A stretch of DNA of 64,000 nt from Paraspadella gotoi (GCA_051294375.1 CM119268.1:8976733-9040732); one strand, 5' to 3'; positions 37,111 through 50,361 are shown, counted from the first letter of the stretch. A program made the numbers and translations. The notes: a model not told the origin generated them from the sequence alone.

Positions 37111-37368
37111 TTAATTAATTAATTAATTTGCTTAGTTAATGTCTCGCTCGATTGCATCCCCCAGTCATCCTCTCCGAATAAGACAGTGATAGAGGAATAA
37201 AGTAAATTAAATTAATTAATTAATTAATTTGCTTAATTAATTTCTCGCTCGACTGCATCCCCCAGTCATCCTCTCCGAATAAGACAGTGATAGAGGGATA
37301 AAGTCAATTAAATTAATTAATTAATTAATTTGCTTAATTAATTTCTCATCACCAGTCATCCTCTCCGA
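37111..37368 (+). repeat. Tandem repeat of about 100 bp (2.5 copies), each unit containing a 3' splice site
   Basis: (TTAA)n-TTTGCTTA...CCAG|TCATCCTCTCCGA, with exon starts at 37165, 37266 and 37356. Confidence 0.9.
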
Positions 37369-37651
37369 CTCTTTCGTCCTCGTCCACGCCCACGGCGGCG
37401 ACGGAATGGGCGCCGGGCGTCGCAACGTCTCCCTTCGTTTCCCCAAAATCCACGAGGCGTCGGCGACCGGCGTCAATTCGTCGCCGCTGGATTGGCCGCT
37501 CGGCGCCGCGGGCGTCGCTTGGACCCAAGTCGGCGTCGTCGTCGCCGTCTTCGCTCCCATCGTCGTCGCCGTCTGCCTCGCCGCCGCCGTCGGAGTTTGG
37601 ATATCCAGGTTGGAGGAAGTGGAGGGCGGGAGGGTGCGTTTGAGGTTGTGA
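37356..37651 (+). CDS. Stalk + transmembrane exon of the paralogue
   Basis: Phase-1 join with 36821 gives VILSDSFVLVHAHGGDGMGAGRRNVSLRFPK...WTQVGVVVAVFAPIVVAVCLAAAVGVWISR...*. The hydrophobic helix is clear. A possible donor CAG|GTTGG lies at 37608/37609. Confidence 0.8.
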
Positions 37652-37661
37652 TGATGATGAT

Positions 37662-37772
<111 letters not shown>

Positions 37773-40356
37773 CTTCTCTTTCTCTTTCTCACCCTCCCTC
37801 CCTCTCTTACCAAACAAAGCAATTCCTTGTCCAATTCAATCATCTTCGACGCATTCCCATTGGCCGACCTCCTTCACTATCGATTCTCATTCCCGCATCC
37901 TGATTGGTTAAAACTCGCCATTAGTCTAGAAAACCCTCGTTCCCGCATCCAGATTACTTTCTCTCAGCTCCTTCTATTTTGCGGCGNNNNNNNNNNNNNN
38001 NNNNNNNNNNNNNNNNNNNNNNNNNNNNNNNNNNNNNNNNNNNNNNNNNNNNNNNNNNNNNNNNNNNNNNNNNNNNNNNNNNNNNNNNNNNNNNNNNNNN
38101 NNNNNNNNNNNNNNNNNNNNNNNNNNNNNNNNNNNNNNNNNNNNNNNNNNNNNNNNNNNNNNNNNNNNNNNNNNNNNNNNNNNNNNNNNNNNNNNNNNNN
38201 NNNGGGAAAAGGGTCCCTTGTTTAGTGTTTACCTCTGTTTTGGTTCCGAGTAAAAATAAGTTGCTTTTTTTTTTTCGTCGGGTGAGGACGACGGAGACGT
38301 TCTTGCGATGGTCCCTCGCTGCCGCCTTGGCCTCTGTACTGCTGCCGCAGCCGCCGCCGCCGTCGCCGCCGTCGCCGCCGTCGCCGCCCTTCACTACACC
38401 CGAGGGAGGAGACTTTTCTCATAAAATTCTGGTTCTTTTCGTTGTCGGAAGGAAAACAGGGGGGAAAAATGGCCTTGTCGCTCTCCCCCTGCCTCCTCCA
38501 CCACCACCCCCACCATACGTGCCTTCCACCCTTTCTCCCCCGACCAACCTCCACCATCTTTTCGGGCTTCTCATTCTTTGCTTCTTTTTCGTTCACAAAG
38601 AAATTTTCTCTATCGTCACCAAAAAAAAAAAAAAATCACCCGCTCAAGTGAAAAACAGCAATGGTCGTTTAGAAATAACGCAAAATACACAAACTGTAGG
38701 AAATTCATGAAACCTTGGACGGTGCACAAACCTCGTTGTCGGTGTCTCTATTTTCCAATGTCCACTGTCCAGTCCAGTTGAGGAAATTATGTTTCATTAT
38801 AATAATAATAATAATAATATTCTTGTAAAAGAATTTACCCGAATCGCAAAAATTATTAACTTTAGATTTATTATTTCTTCGATTCGCTGCTCTTGTTTGC
38901 TTTTTCTCCTTGGACAATGGACAATGGACAATGGACAATGTCCAATGGACATACATTAGGGTCGAGCGGTTTTAACATAACGTATCTTTAAATTTTGAGG
39001 TAATAAAATTTATCCATTTTACCTACCTGCGATAAACTTCAANNNNNNNNNNNNNNNNNNNNNNNNNNNNNNNNNNNNNNNNNNNNNNNNNNNNNNNNNN
39101 NNNNNNNNNNNNNNNNNNNNNNNNNNNNNNNNNNNNNNNNNNNNNNNNNNNNNNNNNNNNNNNNNNNNNNNNNNNNNNNNNNNNNNNNNNNNNNNNNNNN
39201 NNNNNNNNNNNNNNNNNNNNNNNNNNNNNNNNNNNNNNNNNNNNNNNNNNNNNNNNNNNNNNNNNNNNNNNNNNNNNNNNNNNNNNNNNNNNNNNNNNNN
39301 NNNNNNNNNNNNNNNNNNNNNNNNNNNNNNNNNNNNNNNNNNNNNNNNNNNNNNNNNNNNNNNNNNNNNNNNNNNNNNNNNNNNNNNNNNNNNNNNNNNN
39401 NNNNNNNNNNNNNNNNNNNNNNNNNNNNNNNNNNNNNNNNNNNNNNNNNNNNNNNNNNNNNNNNNNNNNNNNNNNNNNNNNNNNNNNNNNNNNNNNNNNN
39501 NNNNNNNNNNNNNNNNNNNNNNNNNNNNNNNNNNNNNNNNNNNNNNNNNNNNNNNNNNNNNNNNNNNNNNNNNNNNNNNNNNNNNNNNNNNNNNNNNNNN
39601 NNNNNNNNNNNNNNNNGCCCGCCTTTGGATGGCGTTTTGCTCGAAAAAGAAAAGAAACGGGGAACGAGGGCGACCGTCTGAGGAACGTCGCATGCTCATG
39701 AATTTCTTAGCGCAAAGTGTATAAATAATGCTGCTTCATTTTTTTTTTTCCTTTCTTTCTTTCTTTCTCTCGAGCCGAAAACAATTGCGCGGGAGATGTT
39801 TTCTCGTTCCGCCAATAAGAAAAAAAAAAGCGATTGTTTTGATCGGGTATTATCGTTGAGCTCTAGTTTTATTGACAGGATTGGTCAAACTGCAAATGGA
39901 AAAATCCGTATCGAGGTTTTTTTTCTTCTTTTTCCTCCTTTATTTTTATTTATCTTCGTCTTTCTTTCTTTCCGAGCGATTCTCCTTTTTTATCCTTTCT
40001 TCTTTTCTTTTCTCCTTTCCTCCATTTTACTGACCCAGGTTTCACACCTGATCGTTTATTCCGCAATCGCTTTCAAACTAACTTCTCTTTGGAGTCGACT
40101 TCTTTTGATTCATTCCATTATCCCTCCCTTTTTCCTCTTTTCTTTCCTCTCTTCCTCCATTTTTATTCCGTTTCCTTTATTCCGATTCTATTTTCATTTC
40201 AAATCCTTTATTCTCCGCGTTTTTATATATTTCTCCTTCCTCCCTGTAATTTTTTTTTTCATTGTATAATCTCATTCTGACAGTTTTTAGTTCGCTCATT
40301 CTATCATTCTCACATTCTCTCATTCTTAACTTCCTCCACTTCTCCGCATCCATCAG

Positions 40357-40564
40357 CGCCGCGCCACAACACCGCAACCACTCCCGGGCGCTTGCGAAAC
40401 CGCCGCCGCCGCCTCCGCCGCCGCCGCACGCCATCTCCGATTTTCCGATGAAACTTTCATCAAAGGAAACGGAGAGAAAAAAAAAAGGAAACAAAAGGGA
40501 AAATAAGAAAAGAAAAGAGAGACAAAAGACTAAACGGTTGGGTGGTTGGCGCGAGCTGGTTTAG
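40357..40564 (+). CDS. Candidate cytoplasmic-tail exon with polyproline
   Basis: CTTAAC branch-like site, pyrimidine tract and ATCAG|C acceptor; phase 2, compatible with the donor at 37609; reads AAPQHRNHSRALAKPPPPPPPPPHAISDFPMK...*. Confidence 0.35.
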
Positions 40565-40991
40565 CCTCGAAGACGCGAGAGTGCGCGAGGAGGAAAAACC
40601 AAAGTGGTTGGTGAGGGAAAGCAGGGAGAGTGATTTCAAAGGTGTGCGCGGTAAGGTGGCGTTCTTACTTCGTTCGTTAAAATTAAAATCCTGACTGCAT
40701 CTTACGGTTGGTACAGTACCTCTCTGTTCGCACCTCGTTTCAATCTTGGATCTCATCGTCCGAAAAAAAGAACCATCGTCCGACTCAGACTTAAAGGTGG
40801 TTCCTCGACAGAGTAAGCACATCTTTCAATCCGAAGGTGGGTCCGCTGCCCGCCGCTGCCCGTCGATGCGGAAAGCAAAAAAAAAAAAAAAAGAATTAGA
40901 GCTCCATTTATTTTCCGGGTTCGCATCCGGAATTTCTTTTGCCCTTGCCGCTCTCGAGGAAAGAAGAGAGAGAGGGAGAGGGAAAAAAAGA

Positions 40992-41032
<41 letters not shown>

Positions 41033-43242
41033 AGAGAGAGAGCAGAGAGAGAGAGAGACAGAGCAGAGACAGAAAGAGAGAGAGAGCCAATTGTTAACGA
41101 ATGAGTGCCCTTCAGTTTCGGCAAGTGTTCCTTGCCTCCTCTCCCATGCCTCCTTAATCTAAAGTCTTTCCCCATGCCCAATCCCTTGCCGCCTCCAGAT
41201 CACTGCCCCTCCTCCCACCTGTCCCAAACCCATTCTTGTTCACCCCTAAATTTATCTTCATCTCCTTTTCTACCCGCCCCCATCTCTCGACCTTTGCTTG
41301 AGGCTGAGGTGTTTTTTTCTTCTTCTTCTCTTTCAGAAGATTTGCGCGCGAAAAAAAAACTTGAATGATTCGCTTTTTGCCAATTTTGAGAAGATCGCGA
41401 GGTCGGTTATGTTTTCGTCCGCGCTTTGTTTATTTATTTATTCATTTGTTTGCTTACCTGAAAATTTTTTGGATATTTTGATGTGCCAATGTTTAGATTT
41501 CGGCGAAGACCGAAAGCTCCGGTAAAGAAATTGGTAATATTATAATATTAAATGCCGTGAGCCTTTTATATGCTTAAAAAGGTTCTTTATAATATGGACC
41601 GCTTCCTTGACAGGAAAGCCTGGTTATCTGGGAGTTAATAAACTAGACTCTGATTCTTGATTGAAATCCTAGAGGGTCAGTTCATGAGGAATAAATGCCT
41701 TTACCCACCATAGCCTGTCCAAAGTCGGGGACAAGCTTGGTTATTTATTAAATAAATGGATTATCATATATTAGATGCACCGATTTCATTATCGGTAGTG
41801 TCAGTGTAAGATATTCATCCTTAAAGGACTCAAAAAGTGGAATTTGATCAAGCCAAGTCAGGCGCTCGGAATAAGAAGGAACGCGATCGAGAACTCCAAA
41901 GAAAAGTTTCCTTGAGCCTCTTTGCTTCGTTGACTCGCCAAAGCGGATCGATACGTTTTCCAATAAAAGACTCCCTCGGATCATGACTCAGCAAAGCTTT
42001 TTTTGTAATGTGAAAGATAAATTACAAGACGCTGTATCGGTAATTGGAGAAGGAATGACAATATATATTTGTAAAGAACTAAAGATAATAGAATTAAATG
42101 AAGAATTTGGGTTTTTTTTATAACAAACAACGAATTTAAAAAAAATTTGATTAAAAAATGTACAGGTTTCGGCAAAACTGTTAGCCTTCATTAGCGCAAA
42201 AAAAAGATACGACAATGTATAAAGATTTAAGAAACATATAGTTTGAAAATCTAAAGAGAAATAACATTGAAAGTACATAAATCTTTTTTATGCCTCATAA
42301 TAAAATCTTTTTTTTGAAAACTCACTTTGTTTCTCCCTTTATATCCTTCACGTTCTCCTTTACTTCCGCTCAATCTCAACTCTCCTTCCACCTTTCCTTC
42401 CATCCTAAGACTTCCCTCTCCCTCTCCCTTTCAACGCCCCCTCCAGTCCCCCCTCTTTCGTCTCGCGCGCCACCTGGACGTCGATTGACGCTCCTGTATT
42501 CAAGTCACGCGGCGTCTGCGTCGGCGCCTCCATTCGGGGCGCATTGATTGCCACGCCCCAACCTCCTCTTCCTCCTCCTCCTCTTTCCGCCCTCGTGGTT
42601 TGGTAGCCCAGTCGCCCCGTCGCCCCCTCCACCCCCCCCCGCCGCAACTCTCTTTTCCTCGAATCAAGAGGCCGTCCTCGTTTGACCCCGAAAGTTCACA
42701 GCAATTCCCTTATTTTCTCACCGAACTCACCCTTGAGTTGAGGTGAGGTGAGCGAATCCTGTGAACGAACGAAATGAATTGATGAGTAGGAAAGGTTGGA
42801 CGTAATGATTAAATAATTTATTATGAGGTGTTTTTATTTATATCATGTTAGTGATTCAGATGGATACAAATATACAAAAACTTTTACGAAGTACGCTTGC
42901 AAGTGTAATGAACGAATCACTAACTAAATTGTGATTATAGGAAAATGAATTTTGAGAAGTATTAATTAGAGAATAGAGAGTGAAAAAGTAATTCAAGATA
43001 TCGAAATTGACGTATACTTCGAAAATACACCGATCAATCGCTTCACCAACTCACGACTTGAAAACTAACCCCCACTCCGTTTCGATCTCCTCCTCCTCCT
43101 CCTCCCCCTCCTCCTCCACCAAAGAGACTCCGCCTCCAACGTTTTATTCGCCTTTCGGACTCACATTCTTTCAATCTTGGCTTAAATGGATTCCGATGGT
43201 CCCTCCCCTCCTCACATCGCCTTTCCCTTCCCTCCGGAAAAC

Positions 43243-43290
<48 letters not shown>

Positions 43291-44107
43291 CTTCAGATTT
43301 TCTTCTCCTGATCAAAAGTGACGTCTGAATCTTTTGTTTGTTTTCTTTTTTTTCCCTTTTTTTGTTTTTCTTGTTCCGAGTCGACGGAATTGTGACACCG
43401 CTCGACGTGGAATCTCCTCAGAGGGGGCGTTGTTGTTGTCGATGGAGAAAGGGGGCGTTAGTGGTGTCGGTGGGGGTAAAGGAATGAGTTGGGGCAGTGG
43501 ATGGATTGTAATGTAAAATGCGATTATGATGTTTGTGAAACCTGTCGCGTGCGGTTTGAAGACAGTATGCGCGGGGAAAAAAAAACAAAATTTGAAGGAT
43601 GATATATATTCCGTCTCGAGAGAAAAGGAAAATTGATTGAAAAAAAAAATTTTCAGACGTCAAACGTTGGATATTTTTTTTTCTTTTGCCACACCTATAA
43701 CGCACGAAGCTTCATGCAACTCGGCTTTCTACAGTTCATTCTTTAGCTCCATCAGGCGTCCTTTTCATTGAGACTTCTATATATTTATTTATAATACATT
43801 ATATGATGATTTACGAAATATGCCGCCACAATATCAAAAAGCTAACAAGGAGGAAATAAAAAAAAAAACGATTGAAAGCAAATGATTCTGAACATGACAT
43901 TCGGTTCCGTCGTTTGAATGTATTAAGACATATTTAAATCCAAATGCGTCATGAATTTAGAATTCAAAAGAATAAGCATTCGAAGCGCCAATCCTGTTTG
44001 GTTGCTAGGCAATTAATTCAGATCAAGGATTAAGACGTCAGCCAATCAGTCAGCTCGCACGTTGCTTTCTCACTTTCTAATAGTCATCGCCGACTCAATG
44101 AAAGAAA

Positions 44108-44209
<102 letters not shown>

Positions 44210-44789
44210 CATCTGCTGAGCTCAATACCACTTTATGGTATCTCGGATACGAAAGGTTCAATTAATTCGCGGCGGATCTAAAAAATAAAAGATTAAAACG
44301 AACTTTTTTTTTTTTTAAACGGCGAGGGTTTTTATTTTTTTTTTTTTCGACGCGCGCTTTAATACCAAGTTTGATTCCACGAGCGAGAGAGCTTTTTAAA
44401 AATTAACAAAATGAGGGGAGAGGAGGAGAGGAGAGAGAGGGGGGGGTGAAGAGGAAAAGAGAGAGAAAAAAAATTTTCAAAGTCGTAGAAGTTTTTTTCC
44501 CCTGATTACATCGAGGAAATTCTTTGCACCTTTTCTTCCGCCTGGGCTGCGCTTGTCAGGAAGAAATCTAATCAATCGAAGGAAAGAAACGGAAATCGGG
44601 AGAAAGGAAAAAGAGGGAGGAAAAGGAGAGAGGAGAAGGAGAAAAGGAGGAGGAATAGGAGGGGGAGAAAGGAAAGAGAGAGAGGAAAAAGAGGAAGGAG
44701 AGGAAGGAAAAAGAGGGAGGAAAATGAGGGGGGAGACGGAGGAAAAGGAGGAAGGAGAGGAAGGAAAAAGAGGGAGGAAAAGGGAGATA

Positions 44790-46838
44790 TGTCATCTCCC
44801 AAATCCTCCGCCCCCCGGGGTGGCTCTAGGGCGGCCCCAGGGGGCAGGCTATTCCAGGGGGAGCAGTAAAATGGTCATTGAGGGGGCGCCCCCTCTGGAT
44901 TGCCTCAGGGGGCCGCCCCAGGGGGTTCCCCCTGGGGCCAACATTTTGGGTCTATTAGGGGCGCCCCTAATGCTTAGCCCCCTGGGGCCAAAAAAAGTCT
45001 GCCCCTGGGGGTAACCCTTGGGGAGCAAAAAACTGCTCCCCCAGGGGCGAGTTAGGGAGAGAGCAAAGTTTAGATGAGAAAATATACTTTCTGACTATGT
45101 TATTGTATCTGAGAATATCTCTCCCTATCTGTTACTCTCTCTTCTCTCTCTCTCTTTCTCTCTACTTTGTTTTTCTCTCTCTCTCTTTCTCTTTCTCTCT
45201 TCTCTTTTTCTCTCTTTTTCTCATTCTCTCTTTCTTTTTCTCTCTCTCTTTTTTTCTCTCTCTCTAAATTTTGTTTTCTTTCTTTCAAGACTTGTTTCAT
45301 GTAACTGAATTAAATATACATTTTTTTTCAATTTTTTGTTAATTTGTTTATTCCTTATTTTATCTAAAAATTATAATATTTGTATTTTTAACCCAATTAT
45401 TTTATTTTAATTAAAAGATATAGAATCAAGTTTGAGCAAACAATGTAGGACGGTGCCAAAAAAATTATGGTAAAAAGCTAATCAGTCATCTGTCTTTTTT
45501 TTTCTTATTTTTTTAATTTTTTTTCCGTTTTTTTTGTTGGATCGACATACTGATGGACTGATAGAGAGAGACATAATTTTTAAAAATAAAATATTCATAA
45601 TTTGATGTTCAAAAAAGAATTAAATAAATCACCAAACTAATAATAAGCAATGACCGACACACCTACTAAGTGAATTATGGAGCCCCACAAAAATAATAAA
45701 AACTATTTATCAAGATTTTTAATTCATGATCAATTTATTTCACATCGTGAAATAAATTTTTTTTCATTTAGGATTTGTAATTAATAATCATCAGTTTGTA
45801 GATTGCCTATGATGAACTCACGTTGTTAAGCAGAGGCTGACGCGTTTGAGAGACAAAGTTTGCAAAACTTTATATCTAGCTCAATCACATACTTTTCTAC
45901 CCATATACAAAATTTTATTCCAATCATCTATTTAATTACAAATAATTAGAGTTTAATGCTAATATAGGATGGACTTAAAGTTGATTGAATTATGTAAGTT
46001 GATTAAATTATAAAAGTTTACCAAATATAAAAGTTTACAAATGATGAAAGTTTACCAAATATTAATTTTACCAAATGATGAAAGTTTACCAAATTATAAA
46101 GTTCACCTAATTTATAAAAGTTAAGAAAATTTATGAAGGTTAACCAAATTAAGTAAATTGACTAAATTATAAAAAATTTGTTGTCAAAACAAATAAAAAT
46201 TGTTTTTCTCCTAATGCCCAAACAACGAAATCGAAAGTCTATACATAATGTCTATCAAAAAAATTACCAAACTTTGCTAGTTGACCAAATTGTTAAAGTT
46301 AACCAAATTATCAAAGTTACCAAATTATAAAAGTTTACCAAATTCTAAAAGTTGACTAAATTATATTAGTTGACCAAATTATGTCAGGTGACCAAATTAT
46401 GTCATTTGACTAAATTATGATGTTGACCAAATTATGCAAGTGGTATTGTACAGCTATTGGTCCATTGATTGATTAATAGAAATGAAAAATATTAATTTAT
46501 ATTTTTATTATAATGAAAGATGAAAAAAAAATAGATAGAGAAAGAGAGAGAGAGGAAACAGAGGGAGAGAAAGAGAGAGAGAGGAGAAGAGAGGAAGAGA
46601 GAGATAGGAGGGAGAGAGAGCCGTTCCAGGGGCAGGAAAATCCATCCCCCTGGGGGGTGGCCCCGGGGGAAAGGTTTTCTAGCCCCAGGGGATTCCCCCT
46701 GGAGTGGCCCTGGGCCCAAAAAGAGCTACAGGGGCCGCCCCCAGGCGGTAAAGATTTGCTGCCCTCGGGGCGGCCCCGCGGGCCACTCCGCGGGCCGCCC
46801 CAGCACCGCCCCGGGGGAAGCGATTCTGAAGGATGACA
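44790..46838. mobile_element. Non-autonomous TIR/foldback element (about 2.05 kb) with TA flanks
   Basis: TA|TGTCATC...AATC...CCCCGGGG..GGGCGGCCC at the left is an imperfect reverse complement (about 50 bp) of GGGCCGCCC..CCCCGGGG...GATT...GATGACA|TA at the right. GC-rich subterminal blocks; the same purine minisatellite lies on both flanks. Confidence 0.75.
46005..46435 (+). repeat. Degenerate 17-19 bp tandem array (AAGTTKACCAAATTAT-like) inside the TIR element
   Basis: Repeated AGTTTACCAAAT / GTTGACCAAATTAT units in two clusters (about 46005-46170 and 46260-46435). Confidence 0.85.
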
Positions 46839-47458
46839 TACTTGGGAAAAGGAGGGGGAGAGGAAGGAACAAGAGGGAGGAAAAGAAGGGGGGAGAGGAA
46901 GGAAAAAGAGGGAGAGAAGAGAGAAATATTTTGGTGAAGGGAAAAAAAGATATTTTGGTGGAGGGAGGAAAAGACAGGGAAAGAAAAATAAAAGGAAACG
47001 AAAAGAAAGCTGGGGAAGAAAATAAAAAGTGTGGAGGTACTTTGGACTTGAGTGAAAAAAAAAACGAGACGAGGCGAGTTGAATTAAAGCTAAATACATG
47101 AAAGTGAAAGAGAGAAGGGGATAGACATGTAGCTAAGAGAAAATTAAGATAAGATACTAACTTAGATGTTTAACTAAATTGAGTGAAATGGAGAAGAGCT
47201 AAAAGAGATCGAGACCAAGTTTTGTACACAAAATTAACTCAAAGTGTCAAAAAAAACCAAGAACGGTGATTCTAATGTGTTGCGCCACAGTTACTTTATT
47301 TTCACGTGTATTTCCCTTTGATCACATGATATGACTTGACATGATATGAAATGACTAAAAAACTTTTTTTGCCTGTGAAGTGTATTTATGACTTGCACTG
47401 CATCAAAATTCTGTTTTTTATTCCTTGTAGTTTTAAGAATTTCTGAAGGCGGCGCTTG

Positions 47459-47512
47459 CGGACCGACCGACCGACAGACGGACCAAAAGGTGACTTTAAG
47501 AGTTGCTCCGCG
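47459..47512 (+). mobile_element. Possible terminus of a DINE-1/Helentron-associated (HINE)-like element
   Basis: (GACC/GACA/GACG)n microsatellite followed by GTGACTTTAAGAGTTGCTCCGCGA; the arrangement resembles such elements, but the terminal hairpin is degenerate. Confidence 0.3.
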
Positions 47513-47647
47513 AGAAAATATAACGAGAGAAAAAATTAAAACAGCGTAACACAGCGGAGGTTATAGAGAAACTTTCCCGACTTTCCCCGATCTCAAATGC
47601 GCGTATCTATGACGACCTTTTCTCGAACCCCATCCATCGTCTATCAT

Positions 47648-47679
<32 letters not shown>

Positions 47680-48390
47680 TTTCCCATAATTGGATCCATT
47701 TCCTTCTCTACGACTTTTTCTCCCGAATTTTTTTATTCCTGGCCCCGCGGTAATTTTTCCATCTTCGGGCAATCTCGCTATTTCTCTCGCTCTCTATCTC
47801 TCTCTATCTCTCCCTCTCCTACTGAACCTCTTTCTCCCTTTCTCTCTCTCCCTCTCTCCCTTTCTTGCTTTTTCCTTCCTTTTAAAAGTTTTAATTATAT
47901 GCTGATGAGCAATGATTTCCATCTTTCGTTTCTTAATTATTCCGATTCTAACGACACTCTTTTTTTTTGGACATCCGATTGATTTTTTAATATGTATTTT
48001 GCTGAGTTATGATGATTGAATGATTATTAATCATTTATTAATCAATTATTATTCGATTGTCGTCAAAATGTTTCATTCCTTCATCCAACCTCGAACCCTT
48101 AAACTTCCAGCCACTTCTTCATTTTCGTTATTCTAATTTCGGGCTCTGAAATCGGTTTACGTCGCCGCCGCCACAGCCACCGCCGCCACCGCCGCCACCG
48201 CCGCCAGCGGTCAGTGGGCACAAATTCCGTCTGGAAAGTTAAGTATGTCTGTTCCAGCCTTCAGCCTTCAGCCTTCAGCATCAATCATATCTTCCCCGAC
48301 CTTTCGGACTTGAAGCCCTGTCCCATCTTCTCTCTCTCTCTCTGTCTCTCTCTGTTTGTCTCTGTCTCTCTCTGTTTGTCTCTGTCTCCT

Positions 48391-48462
<72 letters not shown>

Positions 48463-48633
48463 CTCTCTCTTAACTATGTATCAATCTATCTCTCTCTATT
48501 TATCTCACTCTGTCTCTCTCTCTATCTCGAAGAGAGAGAAAAAGATGCGAAATCATTAGCAGTGGAACCTCCGGACCGGGGCGGAATCGAAAGACGTTTC
48601 GGTCCGTTTGCCTCTGTTCTCTCTCTCTCTCTT

Positions 48634-48685
<52 letters not shown>

Positions 48686-49776
48686 CTCTCTTCTCTCCTC
48701 TCGGCTCTCTCTCTCTCTCTCTCGTTAAAGAACGGAATTTGTTCTTCTCTTCCATCTCTTTTTCTGCGATTAAAGTGATTATGCTAATTGCGTTTCATTC
48801 TTAATATTAACTAAATTTTAATCGTTATTTTTGTATAACTATAACGATTATCAATGACACTTTTTGAGTAATTATCACAATTCATGAGTCATCACAAACA
48901 ATTAAGTCACTCCGATTCACGTTCTCCCACGCCCTATGACATATAATCTTTTGGTATTTTGCGAACGAATCGCAAACTCTTTCACATCCGTTCCTTCTTC
49001 TCGAAGGGTAAATCAATAAAAAAAAAATTTCCCCCTCTTTTCCTCCGAAAGTTTGTCAGCCTTTCATGAAAAGATCGTCAGCCTGTCGTCTTATCCTTCT
49101 TGCACGAACTTCGTTGGTCTCGGTTTCTCATTATCGGAGAAGAGTCATCCCCGTCAGTTCGTCTTCTGCGAATGAACTTCGTTATATGGCCGATCTCGTT
49201 CTGAGTAAGCGGCAAGCCTCGATTCTGTACTAATTATGAAATGGGGACGAGCAAGACAAAATTATCCATTTATATTTTATACAATGTAAGAGAGTCATGA
49301 TCGAAAGCTTCCTGGGTCTTGCTGGGTTATTTTATCTCAGAGATTACCACGTTTCCACACGTAATGTTTTTATAAACTGTCTTAATTTTTTAATATTCCA
49401 TAAAAGGGTCATCTTAATCCTTCGAAAACATAAATTCATTAATCAACTCCTTGCAAGTTAATTCGGTGGGAAAATCGTCAGATTGCCTAATCACACCCCG
49501 ACTGTCAGTCTTGGCGACACTCTAACCTCATCGACCCAGTTTATATCCTTTTTTTTTCACTGGGCGGCCAATTCGCAGTTCCGCTCGGTCGCCGCTTATT
49601 CAAGAGACTTCAAACTCGTCAGTTTCTCTTTAACCACCGACTTCAGTTTTCCCCCTCGTTTCTCGTTTCTTCTGCCCGGAAACTATTAGAGGATCTGCCC
49701 GCCATTTTTCTCTCTCCTTTTTTTCGCATTTGAGAACGAGAGAGAGAGAGAGAGAGGAGAGAAGAGGAGAGAGAAG

Positions 49777-49848
<72 letters not shown>

Positions 49849-50361
49849 ATCAATCTCCTTCGTCAGCCACTGAAAAATTTTGCAGTCGTTTGACCTATGA
49901 CCTCTTTGACCTTCAATGGGTCTCCGATGACCAGCGTCGTCGCTCCCAAATTTTTTTTTCCCTGAAGTTTTTTTGTTTGTTTTTTTTTGTTCGAGATCGA
50001 ATTTGCGTCGAAAGGCTTCCGGTGAAAAAGGACAGTCGAGATTGAAGAGGATGTACGGATGAATTTTAACATCATATTTATCGTGCGATTAAACATCCCT
50101 TGGAAAAATGTCATTTCGTTTAATGAAACTTATGTCTAAAAAGAGAATTTGTAATAAACCATGTCGGTAAAAAAGGACAGATTGTCTTGGGAGAGTCGCA
50201 ATATGAAATCATGTTAAATTGACTTGATACGTACGCACAATTAAGAGCTTGAATTTTTTTTTTTCTCGATTCTAAACGGTTCGCTACAAATGTCCCCTGA
50301 TATTCCGTCCCCAACGTCTTAGCTTCAGTTTTAATTAAAATCCATTTGGCTCACCGTCAAC

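Noticed and set aside
38280-38412. (GCC)n-rich island (similar ones at 31670-31740 and 48160-48210)
   Set aside because: Could be exonic, but frame and strand cannot be determined; trinucleotide repeats are common here.
41748-41984. 78-aa non-repetitive minus-strand ORF
   Set aside because: No recognisable motif, lacks the GC3 bias of the supported exons, and has no matching splice sites.
46005-46435. Regularly spaced short repeats superficially like a CRISPR array
   Set aside because: Units are contiguous and degenerate with no unique spacers; the context is eukaryotic and there are no cas genes.
49060-49204. Possible plus-strand exon (GTCAG acceptor, GTAAG donor)
   Set aside because: No recognisable protein and no partner exons; left uncalled.
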